A stretch of DNA of 64,000 bases, from assembly GCF_006345805.1 (NCBI RefSeq), contig NC_043001.1, positions 2,666,001 to 2,730,000 of the forward strand, written 5' to 3'. The stretch is from Octopus sinensis. Its lineage: Eukaryota. This document shows, piece by piece, positions 1-12,558 of the stretch; the first letter of the stretch is position 1; each line of letters opens with the position of its first letter. Under the pieces are notes generated by a model that worked only from the letters and a program-made list of their open reading frames with translations, had not been told where the DNA came from and ran no database searches. The position numbers and the translations under genes are program-made.

Positions 1-44
1 CACACCCCACACAACACACACACAACACAAACACACACACACAA

Positions 45-75
<31 letters not shown>

Positions 76-399
76 ACACGCACACAAACACACAAACACA
101 CAAGCACACAACACACAACAAAACACACAAACACACAAACACACCACACACAAACAACACACACAAACACACAAACACACACACACACACACAAAAAAAA
201 ACACACACACACACACACACACCAACACAAACACCACACACACACACAACCCAAACACACACCACACACGCACACAAACACACAAACACACACACACACA
301 AACACACCCACAAACACACAAACACACAAACACACACACCAACACACACACAAACAACACAAACACACACACACACACCACAAACAAACACACACACAC

Positions 400-431
<32 letters not shown>

Positions 432-464
432 CAACCACACACACACACGCACACAAACACACAA

Positions 465-505
<41 letters not shown>

Positions 506-506
506 C
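1..506. repeat. Degenerate (CA)n/(CAAA)-interrupted microsatellite
   Basis: Almost entirely A/C, CA dinucleotide periodicity with irregular extra As. Confidence 0.95.
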
Positions 507-660
507 AATGGGCTTCTTTTACTTTCGATCTACCAAATCCACTGACAAAGATATGGTCGGCCTGAGGCAATAGTAGAAGACATTTGTCCAAGGTGTCGTG
601 TGGATTGAACCTGGAGCCATGTGGTTAGGAAAGCAGCTTTTTACCACACAGCCTCACCTG
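507..660 (-). mobile_element. SINE family A (tRNA-derived), 5' head only
   Basis: Reverse complement matches the head of the full copy at 36988 (GGCTGTGTGGTAA..GGTTC..GGGCAAGTGTCTTCTACTATAGCC..GAAAGAAGCCC). Confidence 0.8.
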
Positions 661-1429
661 TACTAATTACGAAGGTTTCCTTGAAATATGTCTATCAACA
701 AATATCCAGTGAAGAAAATTAGAAAAATGCCATGGACTCAGTTTTGGTGATGTTCTTTTAATAAGGCACTGTTCTGATAAAAGACTGATCCAAAATCTCA
801 ATCTTTATTTTATGTCAAGACATAGCATCATAAATTTCAGTTTTTATTTCCAATTTGATTCATGTCAATGCAAACCATTACCGAATTCCTGCTAATTCTA
901 GATACTATCTTTCTTTGGAACTAGAAAAAAAATAAATAAAGGCGGGTATAAAAAAAAAGAAGAAAAAAACAACACCCAGCCTCTACATTCATAGCAGCAG
1001 AGCAGAACCAAAATAATAAAAGAGAATGGGCCAGCAGAAATGTTCTAGTTTATAGTGCTGAGATTAAATCTACTCAAATGAGAATTATAATAAGATGGTT
1101 TTGAAAAGACGTTTCAAAAGCCAACCTTTTATTTTCTCTTTAACTAGAACTTTCATGCCATGCAAGAAACATTTGATTCTTTATTTGAGTAATAATCTGC
1201 CATAAATACTGTTTTGGTGCCAGTTCTGTACAAGTGTACAGCGAGTAACAAGAGATGTCGGTGAATTCCTTTCCAATCTTGCTTTTACTGAAGATCATAG
1301 AAGAGTAATGGGAAGAAAGTTACTTTACAAATTGGTTGGTCACTTAGAAGAAGGAAAATATTAGAGACTGAAGAAAAAATTATTCTTGGAATATTTGGCA
1401 ATATAAGAAAATGTAGAAACAAGCAAACC

Positions 1430-1454
1430 ATGGCAGAAGCTGAATCCGAAAACG
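1430..1454 (+). CDS. Candidate first coding exon (MAEAESEN + phase-1 donor) of an unidentified gene
   Basis: aaaccATGG start context followed by 8 codons and a consensus donor G|GTAAGT at 1455, in non-repetitive sequence; no downstream exon identified. Confidence 0.3.
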
Positions 1455-1519
1455 GTAAGTAATGAATTATACATAGAGAAGAATTATGATTTCTTACAAT
1501 GCAAATAAGAACACACGTA

Positions 1520-1797
1520 GAGACAATGTGTGCGTGTGTGTGTCTGCGTGTGCGTTTGTGTGTGTGCGTTTGTGTATGTGTGTTTGTGTGTTTGCGTTTG
1601 TGTGTGTGTGTGCGTATGTGTATATATATATATATATATATGTGGGTGAGTGTGTATATATATATATATATATAGTGTGTATATGCATACATTCATACAC
1701 ACACACACACATGTATACTGGAAGTTCCAGTAATAATAGTAATAATAATAATAATCATAATAATAATAACAACAACAACAACTACAACAACAACAGT

Positions 1798-1861
<64 letters not shown>

Positions 1862-1870
1862 TAATAATAA

Positions 1871-1901
<31 letters not shown>

Positions 1902-2035
1902 AAGAAGAATAAGAAGAACAAGAACAAGAACAAGAAGAACAACAAAAACAACAACAACAACAACGACACTAATGGCAACAATAAAGACAGCAACAACAAC
2001 AGCAACAACAACAACAATAACAAGAACAATGATAA
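1520..2035. repeat. Compound microsatellite (GT)n/(AT)n then (AAT)n-(AGA)n-(ACA)n
   Basis: Direct reading; source of the spurious ORFs 1285-2061. Confidence 0.95.
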
Positions 2036-2506
2036 ATAAAAACCTGCTGAAATTGAAATAAAATATGAATATTTTTGTTATTCTTGCGTCTTCATTTTGA
2101 TTTTTGATTTTCCTATTTTTTTGTTTTTTTCTTATGTAAACTAAAGAAAATGTAAATATTATTCTGGTTTGCTTTCAATTTACTATCAGAATTGTTTCAT
2201 GCCTCAACAATCAACCATTGGAACACACACGTGTGTGTGTGCATGTATACTAATATATGTGTGTGTGTGTGCGTGCGTGTATACTAATATATGTGTCTGT
2301 GTGTGTGTGTGCATGTGTGAGCATGTGTGCACATGAATATATGTGGATCTGCGCATGCGCACATGAGTATATATGATGTATATGTGTGTTTGATGTGTGC
2401 ATGCACATGTGTGTATATGTATGTGTGTCTATACATATGTAGATATCATCATCAGCATCATCATTATATAAACTTCTGTCTTGCATGCTAACATGGGTTA
2501 AGCTAT

Positions 2507-2551
<45 letters not shown>

Positions 2552-2881
2552 TATGCGTGTATATATATATATACATATACACACATGTATCAACCTGTGT
2601 TCACTATTCACTGCACACCCTTCCCCCTCCCTCTACATTCCACTCTCCTTTTGTACTCTCACGAACTCCCCCACCCACTCATCTTATTCAATCTTCTCTA
2701 CCATATCACTTAATATTAACCTCCTTGTTCCTTGAGGGTCCACCCTGACACTTCTTCACCACCATCTCTCTCTTTCTCTCTAATGATGATGATGATGATA
2801 TATACATATATACACATATACACATATAAATATATATACATACATATATGCACACTCACACACACACGCACACACACACAC

Positions 2882-2912
<31 letters not shown>

Positions 2913-3809
2913 TAGGGAGAGTTTACAAAAAAAACAAAAGATGAAGAGAGGTGGTGTAGAAAAGAAGCAGAAGAAGATAAAGAAAATTATTTAACACACC
3001 TTTAATTATAAGTTACAAATCTTTCTGGACCATCTCCATTTGCAATAACAGTTTACGCGAAAATTCCAAATGACAAATCGTGTAATATTTGTGGTTTTAG
3101 ACTTTGTAGAGAGATTTCATCAGATTTGCATCGAAGGTGTGCTAATACATTGTGCATCCTTCAGACATTGTTGCTAGGAAAATATCAGGAGGAAATTTTA
3201 AAAAAAATAAAAAGTGAGTATGTGAGGTGAGTGGAAGAGATATTATGTGGGGATAGTGGGGGAATTAAGAGGGAGGATATGTATAACGATAAGAGGGAGA
3301 AAGGGAAGGAGGGGAGGAAAACAATCAGAAGAAGATGAAGGATATGTATAAATATATACACTCACACCCACCTTGAAACTGGCACCTGGTGCAGCTCTCC
3401 AGCTTACCAATTCTCACTCAGACCATCGAAGCCATGCACCTGCATGGGAAACGGATGTTAAAGGATAAGGATTCACTCAACTGTATCAACCTTAGTCTTC
3501 ATCACAAACTATCACGTGACATTAATGCAGGGATGTAGTGGGAGGGATATTACAAAACTTTCTAAGCCTAATCACATGATTAGCCTCTGCCAATTAAATT
3601 GTATCCTAAACAGGTACTAATTTGAGCCATGTTCTCTGTATAAATACAAGAGAATTTTCAGACTTTAATCAGAAGCATGTCAGGTGTGCTAAACTTCTGT
3701 GTTTTTCTGTCTCAACTTTTGAAAATCACAATAATCTGTGAAACTGGTTAAGCCTTTAAAAATAAACCATCCAAAACATAACCAGTGCATTTTCAACCTC
3801 TTATAAGTG

Positions 3810-4270
3810 ATGGTGGCATGGATTTCCACCTCGGCATCCGAAACTCAGAGTTTTATCTTGGCTACCGAATAATTGTCACATTTACAGATAAATTCCTCTA
3901 TTTACATAATATCGAGGTCTCTTTCTTTCTTTTGTTATCTTACCATTTTTATCAATATATAAATATATATTTAAGCAGGATGGTATACATATAAGCTTCC
4001 TGTACACACAAGGTACAGGAAACTTGTATGTATACCATTCTGCTTAAATAATGGAACTGCAGATATAATATCCCTGCATATCTCACATCTGTTTTCATTC
4101 CTCCACTTCACTCTTTATTTCATATCTTCTCTGGAATAACTATTGCTTAACCATTTTCTCATACCATCTCCGATGAAGGGATATATAAAATGTCCCAGAA
4201 ACAGCTGTAAGACCTTCTCTTTATAAATGTTCTGAAATCTTTCACAGCCTTGGATTTTTATCTCATTCTC
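3810..4270 (+). mobile_element. Penelope-like terminal-repeat fragments (family P2), including a hammerhead-like motif
   Basis: 3815-3960 recurs at 4840-4990 and 55090-55480; 4167-4212 reads TCT-CCGATGA-A-GGGA..TCCC-A-GAAAC-AGCT-GTA-AGA; PLE assignment is inferred from the motif. Confidence 0.5.
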
Positions 4271-4303
4271 TTAATTTTATATATACATATATATATATAT
4301 GTT

Positions 4304-4685
4304 GGAGGTGCAATGGCCCAGTGGTTAGGGCAGCGGACTCGCGGTCATAGGATCGCGGTTTCGATACCCAGACCGGGCGTTGTGAGTGTTTATTGAGCGA
4401 AAACACCTAAAGCTCCACGAGGCTCCGGCAGGGGATGGTGGTGATCCCTGCTGTACTCTTTCACCACAACTTTCTCTCACTCTTACTTCCTGTTTCTGTT
4501 GTACCTGTATTTCAAAGGGCCGGCCTTGTCACTCTCTGTGTCACGCTGAATATCCCCGAGAACTACGTTAAGGGTGCACGTGTCTGTGGAGTTCTCAGCC
4601 ACTTACACGTTAATTTCATGAGCAGGCTGTTCCGTTGATTCGGATCAACCAGAACCCTCATCGTCGTAACCGACGGAGTGCTTCC
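4304..4685 (+). mobile_element. tRNA-derived SINE family D, apparently full length and young
   Basis: A-box TGGCCCAGTGGTTAG and B-box-like GGTTTCGATACCC; CpG-rich; sits in a (TA)n tract; its 3' end also occurs at about 17620-17670. Confidence 0.8.
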
Positions 4686-4688
4686 ACT

Positions 4689-4715
<27 letters not shown>

Positions 4716-4723
<8 letters not shown>

Positions 4724-4917
4724 AATATGTTACATTACTCGATAGTCAAGATAAAACTCTGAGTTTCAGATGCCGAAGTGGAAATCCACAACACCATCTC
4801 TTCGGTTATCTGGTTATAGCCAGATAACTGAAAAGATGGTGTTGTGGATTCCCACTTTGGCATCTGAAACTCAGAGTTTTATCTTGACTATCGAGTAATG
4901 TAACATATTATTGTATA
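4716..4917. repeat. Near-perfect ~200-bp palindrome of the P2 repeat end
   Basis: Arms 4716-4813 and 4820-4917 are reverse complements with few mismatches; loop about 6 nt. Confidence 0.9.
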
Positions 4918-5691
4918 GATAAATTCCTCTATTTACATAATATTGAGGTCTCTTTCTTTCTTTTGTTATCTTACCGTTTTTACCAATATATATATATATA
5001 TATATAATATATATATATACATACAGTAATCCCAATGCTTCACCTATTGCAATTTATTACTTAAGCTTACGTCGATTCCTCTGTGGTGTTGTTTTGCATT
5101 TATAATAAAATAAATATATAGAAATTATAAAAATACTTAAAACCAATATATACAGTGCAATGCTGTTCCTACTTCATGGATTTTCACCTATCGCAGTGGG
5201 TTTTACAATGTAATACCTGCGGTGGTTGAGGACTTACTGTATATGTATGTATATATACATATATATATATGCTGACACATATAGGGAGAGAGAGAGAGAG
5301 AGAGAGAAAGGGAAAGAGGGAAATTCCTTTTGCATTGTAGTTAATTAATTCCAGAGTATATTCTTAAAATCAAATCCTTTCAAGATACTAGAAATGAAAT
5401 TGAAACTCAGATTGTCATACTCAAATTAACTCAATACACGTTATTACAAATGCCAAATTGTTGTATTATTTCCCAAATGTCACAGTGTATCCCAATAAAT
5501 TATAAAACAGCCGACTGAGCAGGATTCCAAACCGATTTCCTTTCTTACAGATACTCATCCTGATATATACGTAAGTGCTTACATGCATACACATAACATA
5601 ATACATATATATTTAGACATTCATGCGTATAAATATATGTTTATATATATTTACAGATATACATTTACACTCCCGCATACACACACATATA

Positions 5692-6587
5692 TTAGGTCAT
5701 CTCATAAATAATGCGGCTTTTTTATACTTCTTCAATTTTTCAAAATCAAGATAAACAAATTTCTTTTATAATCTAAAATATTCTCTCCTTCATTTTCTAC
5801 ACTGCTCTTCCATCTGTCTGGTAGACTTGCAAGGCCTCTCCCAAAATTCACTTATCCATGAAGAAAAATACTACCCCAGCACTGTTCTGAGAAGACTTTG
5901 GAATAAATAATATTTAATTGGAGCAATGTCTGGCGGATATGGTGGGTGGGGCCTTGTTTCCCATTCAAACTGCTCCAGCTTTTGGAATGTCATCCTCACT
6001 TTATGTGACCAAAAATTATTCTGATGGAAGAACACCTTTCGTCTTGAAACCAAAGATGGTCATTTTCCATTGGCATGCAGGTATTGATGAATGGTTGAAT
6101 GACCCAATCCAAGCTTCTCTGCTAGTTCTTCAACATAGTTCCTCAAGAGTTACAATAGGATTTTGTTCCACCATGGTTTCCAGGACACTCTCATTGAGCT
6201 CTACAGATCTTCCAGGATGAGATTTGTCTTCTAGGCTGTAATTCCCAGCTCAAAATTTCTGGAACCACAATTAAGACTGGTTTACACTTATTGTCCGATC
6301 CCCATAGACTGCATTAATATTCCTCACACTTTCCATTGCGGTGTTGCCTTTACTGAACTCATAAAACAAAATATGCTGAATATACTCCTTTGTCACTTCT
6401 ATTATAGCTTTGAAAAAAATAACTGTTAAAATCGAACTGCACTATTCAAAACTTGGACTAAGAATAAGGACAAGGTAAAATTACTACCTGCTTTTACAAC
6501 AAGTTGATGCAGGTAATTTATCCCATTCCCCCTCTGACTTTTAGTTCATGCAATTGAAAAATCTACATTATTTATGGGATGACACAA
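5692..6587 (-). mobile_element. Mariner DNA transposon, internally deleted, transposase pseudogene
   Basis: TIRs TTAGGTCATCTCATAAATAATG / (rc)TTGTGTCATCCCATAAATAATG, TA flanks; minus-strand HPPYPPDIAPIKYYLFQSL matches the mariner YSPDLAP motif. Confidence 0.9.
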
Positions 6588-6714
6588 TATATGTATATAT
6601 GTATGCATGTATGTATATATGTGTATATACATATATGTATATTATATGTATGTAAGTATGTATATATGTATGCATGTATGTGCATATGTATATATGTATG
6701 TCCTCTTCTGTTTT

Positions 6715-7290
6715 TAATTATTGAAATTCTTCCTCTGAGGAAGCAAGTGATTTCTAACAGAGATACAAAACTTTGTCATTTTCCAAATGTAGATAACAAA
6801 AACAATGTCAGATTCTTTTTAAAACTTGATGAAAGTCTTGCATGTTTTTACTGTTCCACTTACAAATTGTGTTTGCAATGTGCAAGTTAGTTGGTTGTTT
6901 TCGTTTTTCTGAAAATCCAGGCTTATCCAGATTGTCAGTTTGGTATTTACTGACAAAACCAATTGCACCAATTATTATTGCCTGTGTAAATGTGAATTTA
7001 TAATCTGGATATAGAAGAAGCTAGACGTTTCGAAGCACTTATCCATAGTTATGCTCTTTCTCTCTGATTTTCAAAAGAGATAATTACATCAGCAGGACTG
7101 CTAACCTCTGTAAGGATACATAATTTTACTCGTCTGTCCCAAATAACAATATCTGGCCTGTTATGTTTATACTTGACAGATGTTTTGATGGGAATGTTTC
7201 TACAATATTCCTTGTGTTGATGTTTGTGTATATATTCAATATATTCAACAACAGGGGGATTCTCTGTGTTTATTCCAGGGCAGTTTTTTT
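6715..7290 (-). mobile_element. RLE-type non-LTR retrotransposon 3' fragment (R4-like)
   Basis: KHNRPDIVIWDRRVKLCILTEVSSPAD then, frameshifted, LYPDYKF..IIIGAIGFV..SGTVKTCKTFIKF*: PD-(D/E)xK endonuclease C-terminus. Confidence 0.7.
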
Positions 7291-9171
7291 TTCCAAGTGG
7301 TAATTGTATGTATGTATGTGTGCACAATCATGTGCCAGTGAGTTTAGGTCAGAGTTTTTTCTTTAATTTTGTTATTATTTGAAATTTACATCAAAAGTAA
7401 AAAACATGTTTGTATGGTTGAAGTTAAAAACGGAATTCATGACTTATAATGAGGAAGTCCAATTCCACGGCTGCCATTGCAGAAAGACAGACAGACAGAC
7501 AGAGAAGTATTGAGCTACATTACTGATGTTATTTTTTTAATAAAATATTTTACCAAAGTCTTTGTTGTCAGATTCAAGGTTCTATTAGGAAAGACTATTG
7601 GTCTTTGAAAAAATATAAACAACAATCTTGGTGTTTGCTTTTCAAGTGAAAATATGCAAGAATCTTGTTTTTCCAGTGAAAAATATGAAAATCAATAGCA
7701 TCATAATGTATGGAATATTTTAGATTTAAGAATTTCTTAGATTCTTTTAGAAGAAATATTCCAAGTCACAAAGCACAGCACCCACAGTATTCAGAAATGT
7801 TGCTTCACACTGAAAATTGTCAAAGCATAGAATAAACTATCTCAGTTGGTTCTTAATTGTCAGGACAGCACAGACTTTGAAAATTCCATGCTTCCCAGTT
7901 TTACCAATTCTACTCCCACTCTACCTGTACATCTTTTACTTTTTATGCTTCTTTTACTGTTCCCTTTCATGTCATTTTTGTGTTTTATTTTGTTTGCTGT
8001 GCATCCACTTTTGGCCATCATTGCTATATTTCTCTACATGATATTTTACTGCTTTCTGTGTCTCCTCTTTGAGGCTTTTCTGGAAAGCTGTAGAGCACCA
8101 GAGCACTGTATGCAATGAACTTATTACTATTATTAAGAAAAGGATTAGTTAGATCATGTCTGAAATAGATGTGCTTCACTGATGAAATTTCATAAAAGGG
8201 AAATACATGAAATGATGCTAGAGACAAACGAAACCCATAGCAGCAGGGAAAATGACAGATATTAATAGGATCATAATAAAGGTTTCCTGCGTTGGCGTCA
8301 GGTCATTTTTTCTGTTTCAGATTTGGCTTTGGTTCCCAATTTATTCTCTTTGATATCGTTTTCTGTCTTTCATTATCTTCATAACCCCACTTTTGCATAT
8401 TTTCTTAGCCAATTTCATTTCATTTCTCTTCATACAATCTTTGTTAAAAATATTTGCCTTCCTTTCTTAGCTCTTTTCACATAACTGTTTCTATTTGACT
8501 TTTTTATAATTTGGTCTTCTTTTCTTTTTATCAAACCAGACAAAGAGGGATGTACAAGAAATGCCAACCCAGCAGTTGGTCACTGAAATGAAATGCGATC
8601 AACTCACTGGAAAGGCTTTGAGTCCTTCAAAATAATTTACCTCCAGCTGATGTTGAGAAAAAATATTGGCAATGCCTCAATTCTAAAACATTTCTTTTAG
8701 CTATGAATGAAGGTTAGCTCTGATCTTTTGAGAACAGCCAAGCATCACCACCACCACCACCACCACCACCGCCACTACCATCATCGTCATCGAAATTGTC
8801 ATTTTGTCATCCACTTTTCCTGGATTGCATGGATAAGGAAGAGTTTATTGAGGAAGTCCATTTTGTTGCAACTCTCATCTGCTTCCGAGTGAGGTGATAT
8901 TTCTCTAAGACGATACATTCGTTTGCAGAATATTGGGAATGATTCACCGTTTCATTTACAACAATCACAGGATGTCAAGACAGGCACAGCACGCACACAC
9001 ACACACATACAAACACACACACAAACACACACACACACAAAGATACAAACATGCAAATATACACACACACTCAAACGTATACATATACACACAAACACAC
9101 ACAAACATGCACACACACATACACAAACAATACAAACATACGTACACACACACACGCACACACACTCATAT

Positions 9172-9315
9172 AGTGGTATTCTTTCACTTTCTGTCAACCA
9201 AACATGTAACAAGATTTGGTTGGCCCAGAGCTGTGGTAGAAACACACTCAAAGTGCTGCACAGTGGGACTGAACCCGAAACCATATGGTTGGCAAGCAAA
9301 CTTCTTAATCCCCCA
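9172..9315 (-). mobile_element. SINE family A head (degenerate)
   Basis: Matches the family A head in reverse. Confidence 0.65.
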
Positions 9316-9461
9316 ACCAGATTAATAGCACTTTCCTAGAGATGTTTTGCTACTTCCTTAAAACGCTTATCTTCACATCTCCTGATTCTTCCCCATGTTC
9401 CACCCTACACGTTCAGTAACCAGCAAGGGAAACAGATAAACACTCACTCAGGAAACAGTTC

Positions 9462-9806
9462 TTACACATTATCTTGATTTCTGCAAGAATATATCACACC
9501 CCTACTGCTACAAGTTCTATCACCATTCAAATTACGGCTAACAATGTTGTTCTTCCACACAAAAGGATCTCCATTGAATTGGTTCATTCCTTCCATCCAC
9601 CTGTCATTAACAAGGGTAGTTCTGTAATTATCTTTCCTATAGATAAATCTACCATATTTGTTGTTCATTTCACTGTGAAGTGGATTTGCTGTTTGTGCAA
9701 TGGTCCTTGAAAGGTCCTTCACATATCCCAATATAAAATTTCGTAAATTGCTGATTTTGAAAGGTTGAATAGAGATTTGCTTAATAAATTATCCCTTCTT
9801 GCATTC
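9462..9806 (-). pseudogene. Penelope-like element GIY-YIG endonuclease remnant
   Basis: Minus frame MQEGIIY*ANLYSTFQNQQFTKFYIGICEGPFKD (GIY..YIG), then a shifted frame YRTTLVNDRW..VWK..NGDRTC, like PLE endonucleases. Confidence 0.65.
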
Positions 9807-10651
9807 TATTTATGTTCAAGCAAACATAAATCCCTAAATTTACAATAAAAGAGAAATTCAACAGTTTTATTTGCCTAAGGAAGGTAATTAAAAGAGAGTT
9901 AGATGAAATTTAAGATGTTATTTAAAGCACATCGAAATAAATATATTAACAGGAACAACAATTGCCACTTCTGAGATTGGAAAAAGTGACGAATCCTAAG
10001 ACAAAAGACAAGGCAGAAGAAGAGGCAAAATGCATTACTGAGTGTCATCAAGAAAATTAGGACCAAAAGGGAAACGAAGGAAACTGATACACTCCTGTTT
10101 CCCCTTCTAGGAAGGTTCTACAGGTAAGGAATTACTCAGACAAACCATGTCTGCAGGGAAATCAGAAATAACGAGGATGCTGATGATTCACTGGCATACA
10201 TGCATACACTCTTTCTCTCTCTCTCTCTCTTTCTCCCCCCCCCCACACATGCACACATATTAACCTTAACGAGGAAACAGTTGACAATGATTTCGAAATT
10301 ATAATCTGTTGACTTCCATCAGACATTTGAGGAAGCTTAAATTTCGAAGTCCCTGTCGACCCCTTTCTTGCAAATAGGAATAAATATGCCCTTTGCTAAA
10401 AGCATGGAGGAATCCTTCCCTTCAACGTGAATTTCTGATTATATATAATTTGACTAAAAAGCAAACAGACACACACACATATACACACATGCATATATAC
10501 AAATCATCACCATCATCATTCAACATCCGTGTTTTATACTGTCTATGTGTGTGTGTGTGTACGTGTGTGTAAATATATATATGTCTGTGTGTGTGCATGT
10601 GTGCATAAATATAGATGTGTGTGTGTGTGTGTGTGCGTGCGCGTGTGTAAA

Positions 10652-10950
10652 TATTCAGTCGTTAGACTGCAGCCACACTGGAGCACCACCTTGAAGAGAT
10701 TTAGTTAAAGAAATCAACCCCAGGACTGATTCATTGAAAGCCTAGTATTTATTCTATCAATCATTTTTGCCAAGCTGCTAAGTCACAGTGATGTAAACAC
10801 ACCAGCATTAGTTGTCAAGTGTTGGTGGGGAAGGCAAACAGGCACAAAGATACACACATAAATATATACACATATATACATATATATATCAATATATACA
10901 TAATGATAGATAGATAGATAGATAGAATGATTATATATATATTTGTAATT

Positions 10951-10989
<39 letters not shown>

Positions 10990-11157
10990 CACACACACAG
11001 GCGTAGCTGAGTGGTAAGAAGCTTGCTTCTCAATCACATGATTCTGGGTTCAGTCCTACAGCATGGCATTTTGGGCAAACGTCTTCTACTGTAGCCTTGG
11101 GCTAACCAAAGCCTTTCAAGTGAATTTGGTAGACAGAAACTGAAAGAAGCCTGTTGT
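10652..11157. mobile_element. SINE family A: 3' half on minus (10652-10857) and head on plus (11000-11157)
   Basis: Both halves match the full copy at 36988; they are separated by microsatellite and in discordant orientation. Confidence 0.75.
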
Positions 11158-11204
11158 TCATACATTTATATGTATATATATTTATATATATAAATAATAA
11201 CAAA

Positions 11205-11458
11205 AATAAATGCACCCTTTTAAAGCCTAGCCAGGCTCATGGGCCTGGTTTCCCGGCTTCAGTGGCGTATGTGTTCCCCAGCTGGACGGAACGCCAGTCT
11301 ATCGCAGCCTTACTCATTTTTGCCAGCTGAGTGGACTGGAGCAATGTAAAATGAAGCGTTTTGCTCAAGAACACAACGCGTCACCTGGTCCAGGAATCGA
11401 AAGCACAATCTTACGATCAGGGTGCTGACACCCTAACCACTAAGCCACGTGCCTCCAC
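11205..11458 (-). mobile_element. tRNA-derived SINE family E with a conserved-type central domain
   Basis: rc: GTGGCTTAGTGGTTAGG (A-box), TTCGATTCC (B-box), CTTGAGCAAAAC..CTCCAGTCCACTCAGCTG..AAATGAGTA; second copy at 52690-52935. Confidence 0.75.
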
Positions 11459-11738
11459 ATATATATAAATACATATATCAAATTAATAATTGTGTGTATA
11501 TATATGTGTGTGTGTATATATATATCTTTGTGTGTATATGTGTGTGTGCGCGTGTGTGTCTGTATATAATTATTAATTTAATATATAAATTGCTTATGAA
11601 TTTCTATTTCACGCTAACTACCTGATAAAAATCATTAACATGATTTTATCTTTCTGTTCTATTATAAATAAATAAATTAAATAATATAACATTTTCACTC
11701 CTGATGAAAATCACATTTTCTGCGATGCCGTTTTGTTA

Positions 11739-12558
11739 ATTACATAGAAAAATGCAAGCAAGAGAAATAATATTCTTAAGATTATAAACCTGGAATAGCA
11801 CAGGAGACTTTATTACACTTGAAACAGTTCAGGACAACTTATTACATCTGGTAAAGAACAGAACAAGAAAATATTTACTTAAAATATTGCAGCTCAGGAT
11901 AAAATTTCAAATAAAATATTTAGATTTAGAAAATATTAGCTTTTATTAAAACTAAAAATTTTATAACTTCTATTTGCAATTACCTTGTTACTTGTGTTAA
12001 AAATTTTAAATAACTCAAAATACTTTTTGCAGTTTCAAATCAAATTCTTGTTTTTAATTATTAATGGATAATTAGTAATATGAAAATAGGTTATAAAAAT
12101 AGTAGTACATAATTAGTACAATAAATAGAATAATACAAAAATTAGTTATATATTACAGTAAAATCTACCTATGACAACAAATTCACTGTAAAATTTCCTT
12201 GACTTATTGCCTAAGTCATTGCCAAATCTTCACATTTTTTGTCTTGACCCAATGCCTATTTAATACATAATGAATTTGCCTACTATATGCTCTTCTACTT
12301 TGCATAAAACTTTAGCTATATTGGTACTTCTGGTTCTCGTTTTTTAAGTATTCTAGCAGGTCAACGTTTTAACAAAATGGTGGTACCTTTTTTAATTATC
12401 CTTAGCTGTAATATTTTAAGTAAAAATTTTCTTGTCCTGAACTTTACCAGATGTAATAACTTGTCCTGAACTTTTCCAATTGTAATAACTTGTCCTCTAC
12501 TTTTCCAGGTTTATAATCTTAAGAATATTATTTCTCTTGCTCACATTTTCCATGTAAT
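11739..12558. repeat. Long imperfect inverted repeat with 29-bp internal subrepeats (foldback-like)
   Basis: Arms 11739-11902 and 12396-12558; right arm has three CTTGTCCTGAACTTT-type 29-mers at 12431-12517. Confidence 0.75.

Noticed and set aside
1-506. Irregular CA/CAAA pattern as a telomere-like or coded repeat
   Set aside because: No stable unit; consistent with a decayed or error-prone microsatellite read.
4304-4380. tRNA gene calls for SINE heads (also 11390-11458, 30204-30268, 36988-37060, 57580-57670)
   Set aside because: Cloverleafs are incomplete and continue into repeat bodies; these are SINE heads.
7020-7040. GAAACGTC half of a hammerhead on the minus strand
   Set aside because: No CTGANGA partner, and it lies within the RLE coding frame, so it is coincidental.
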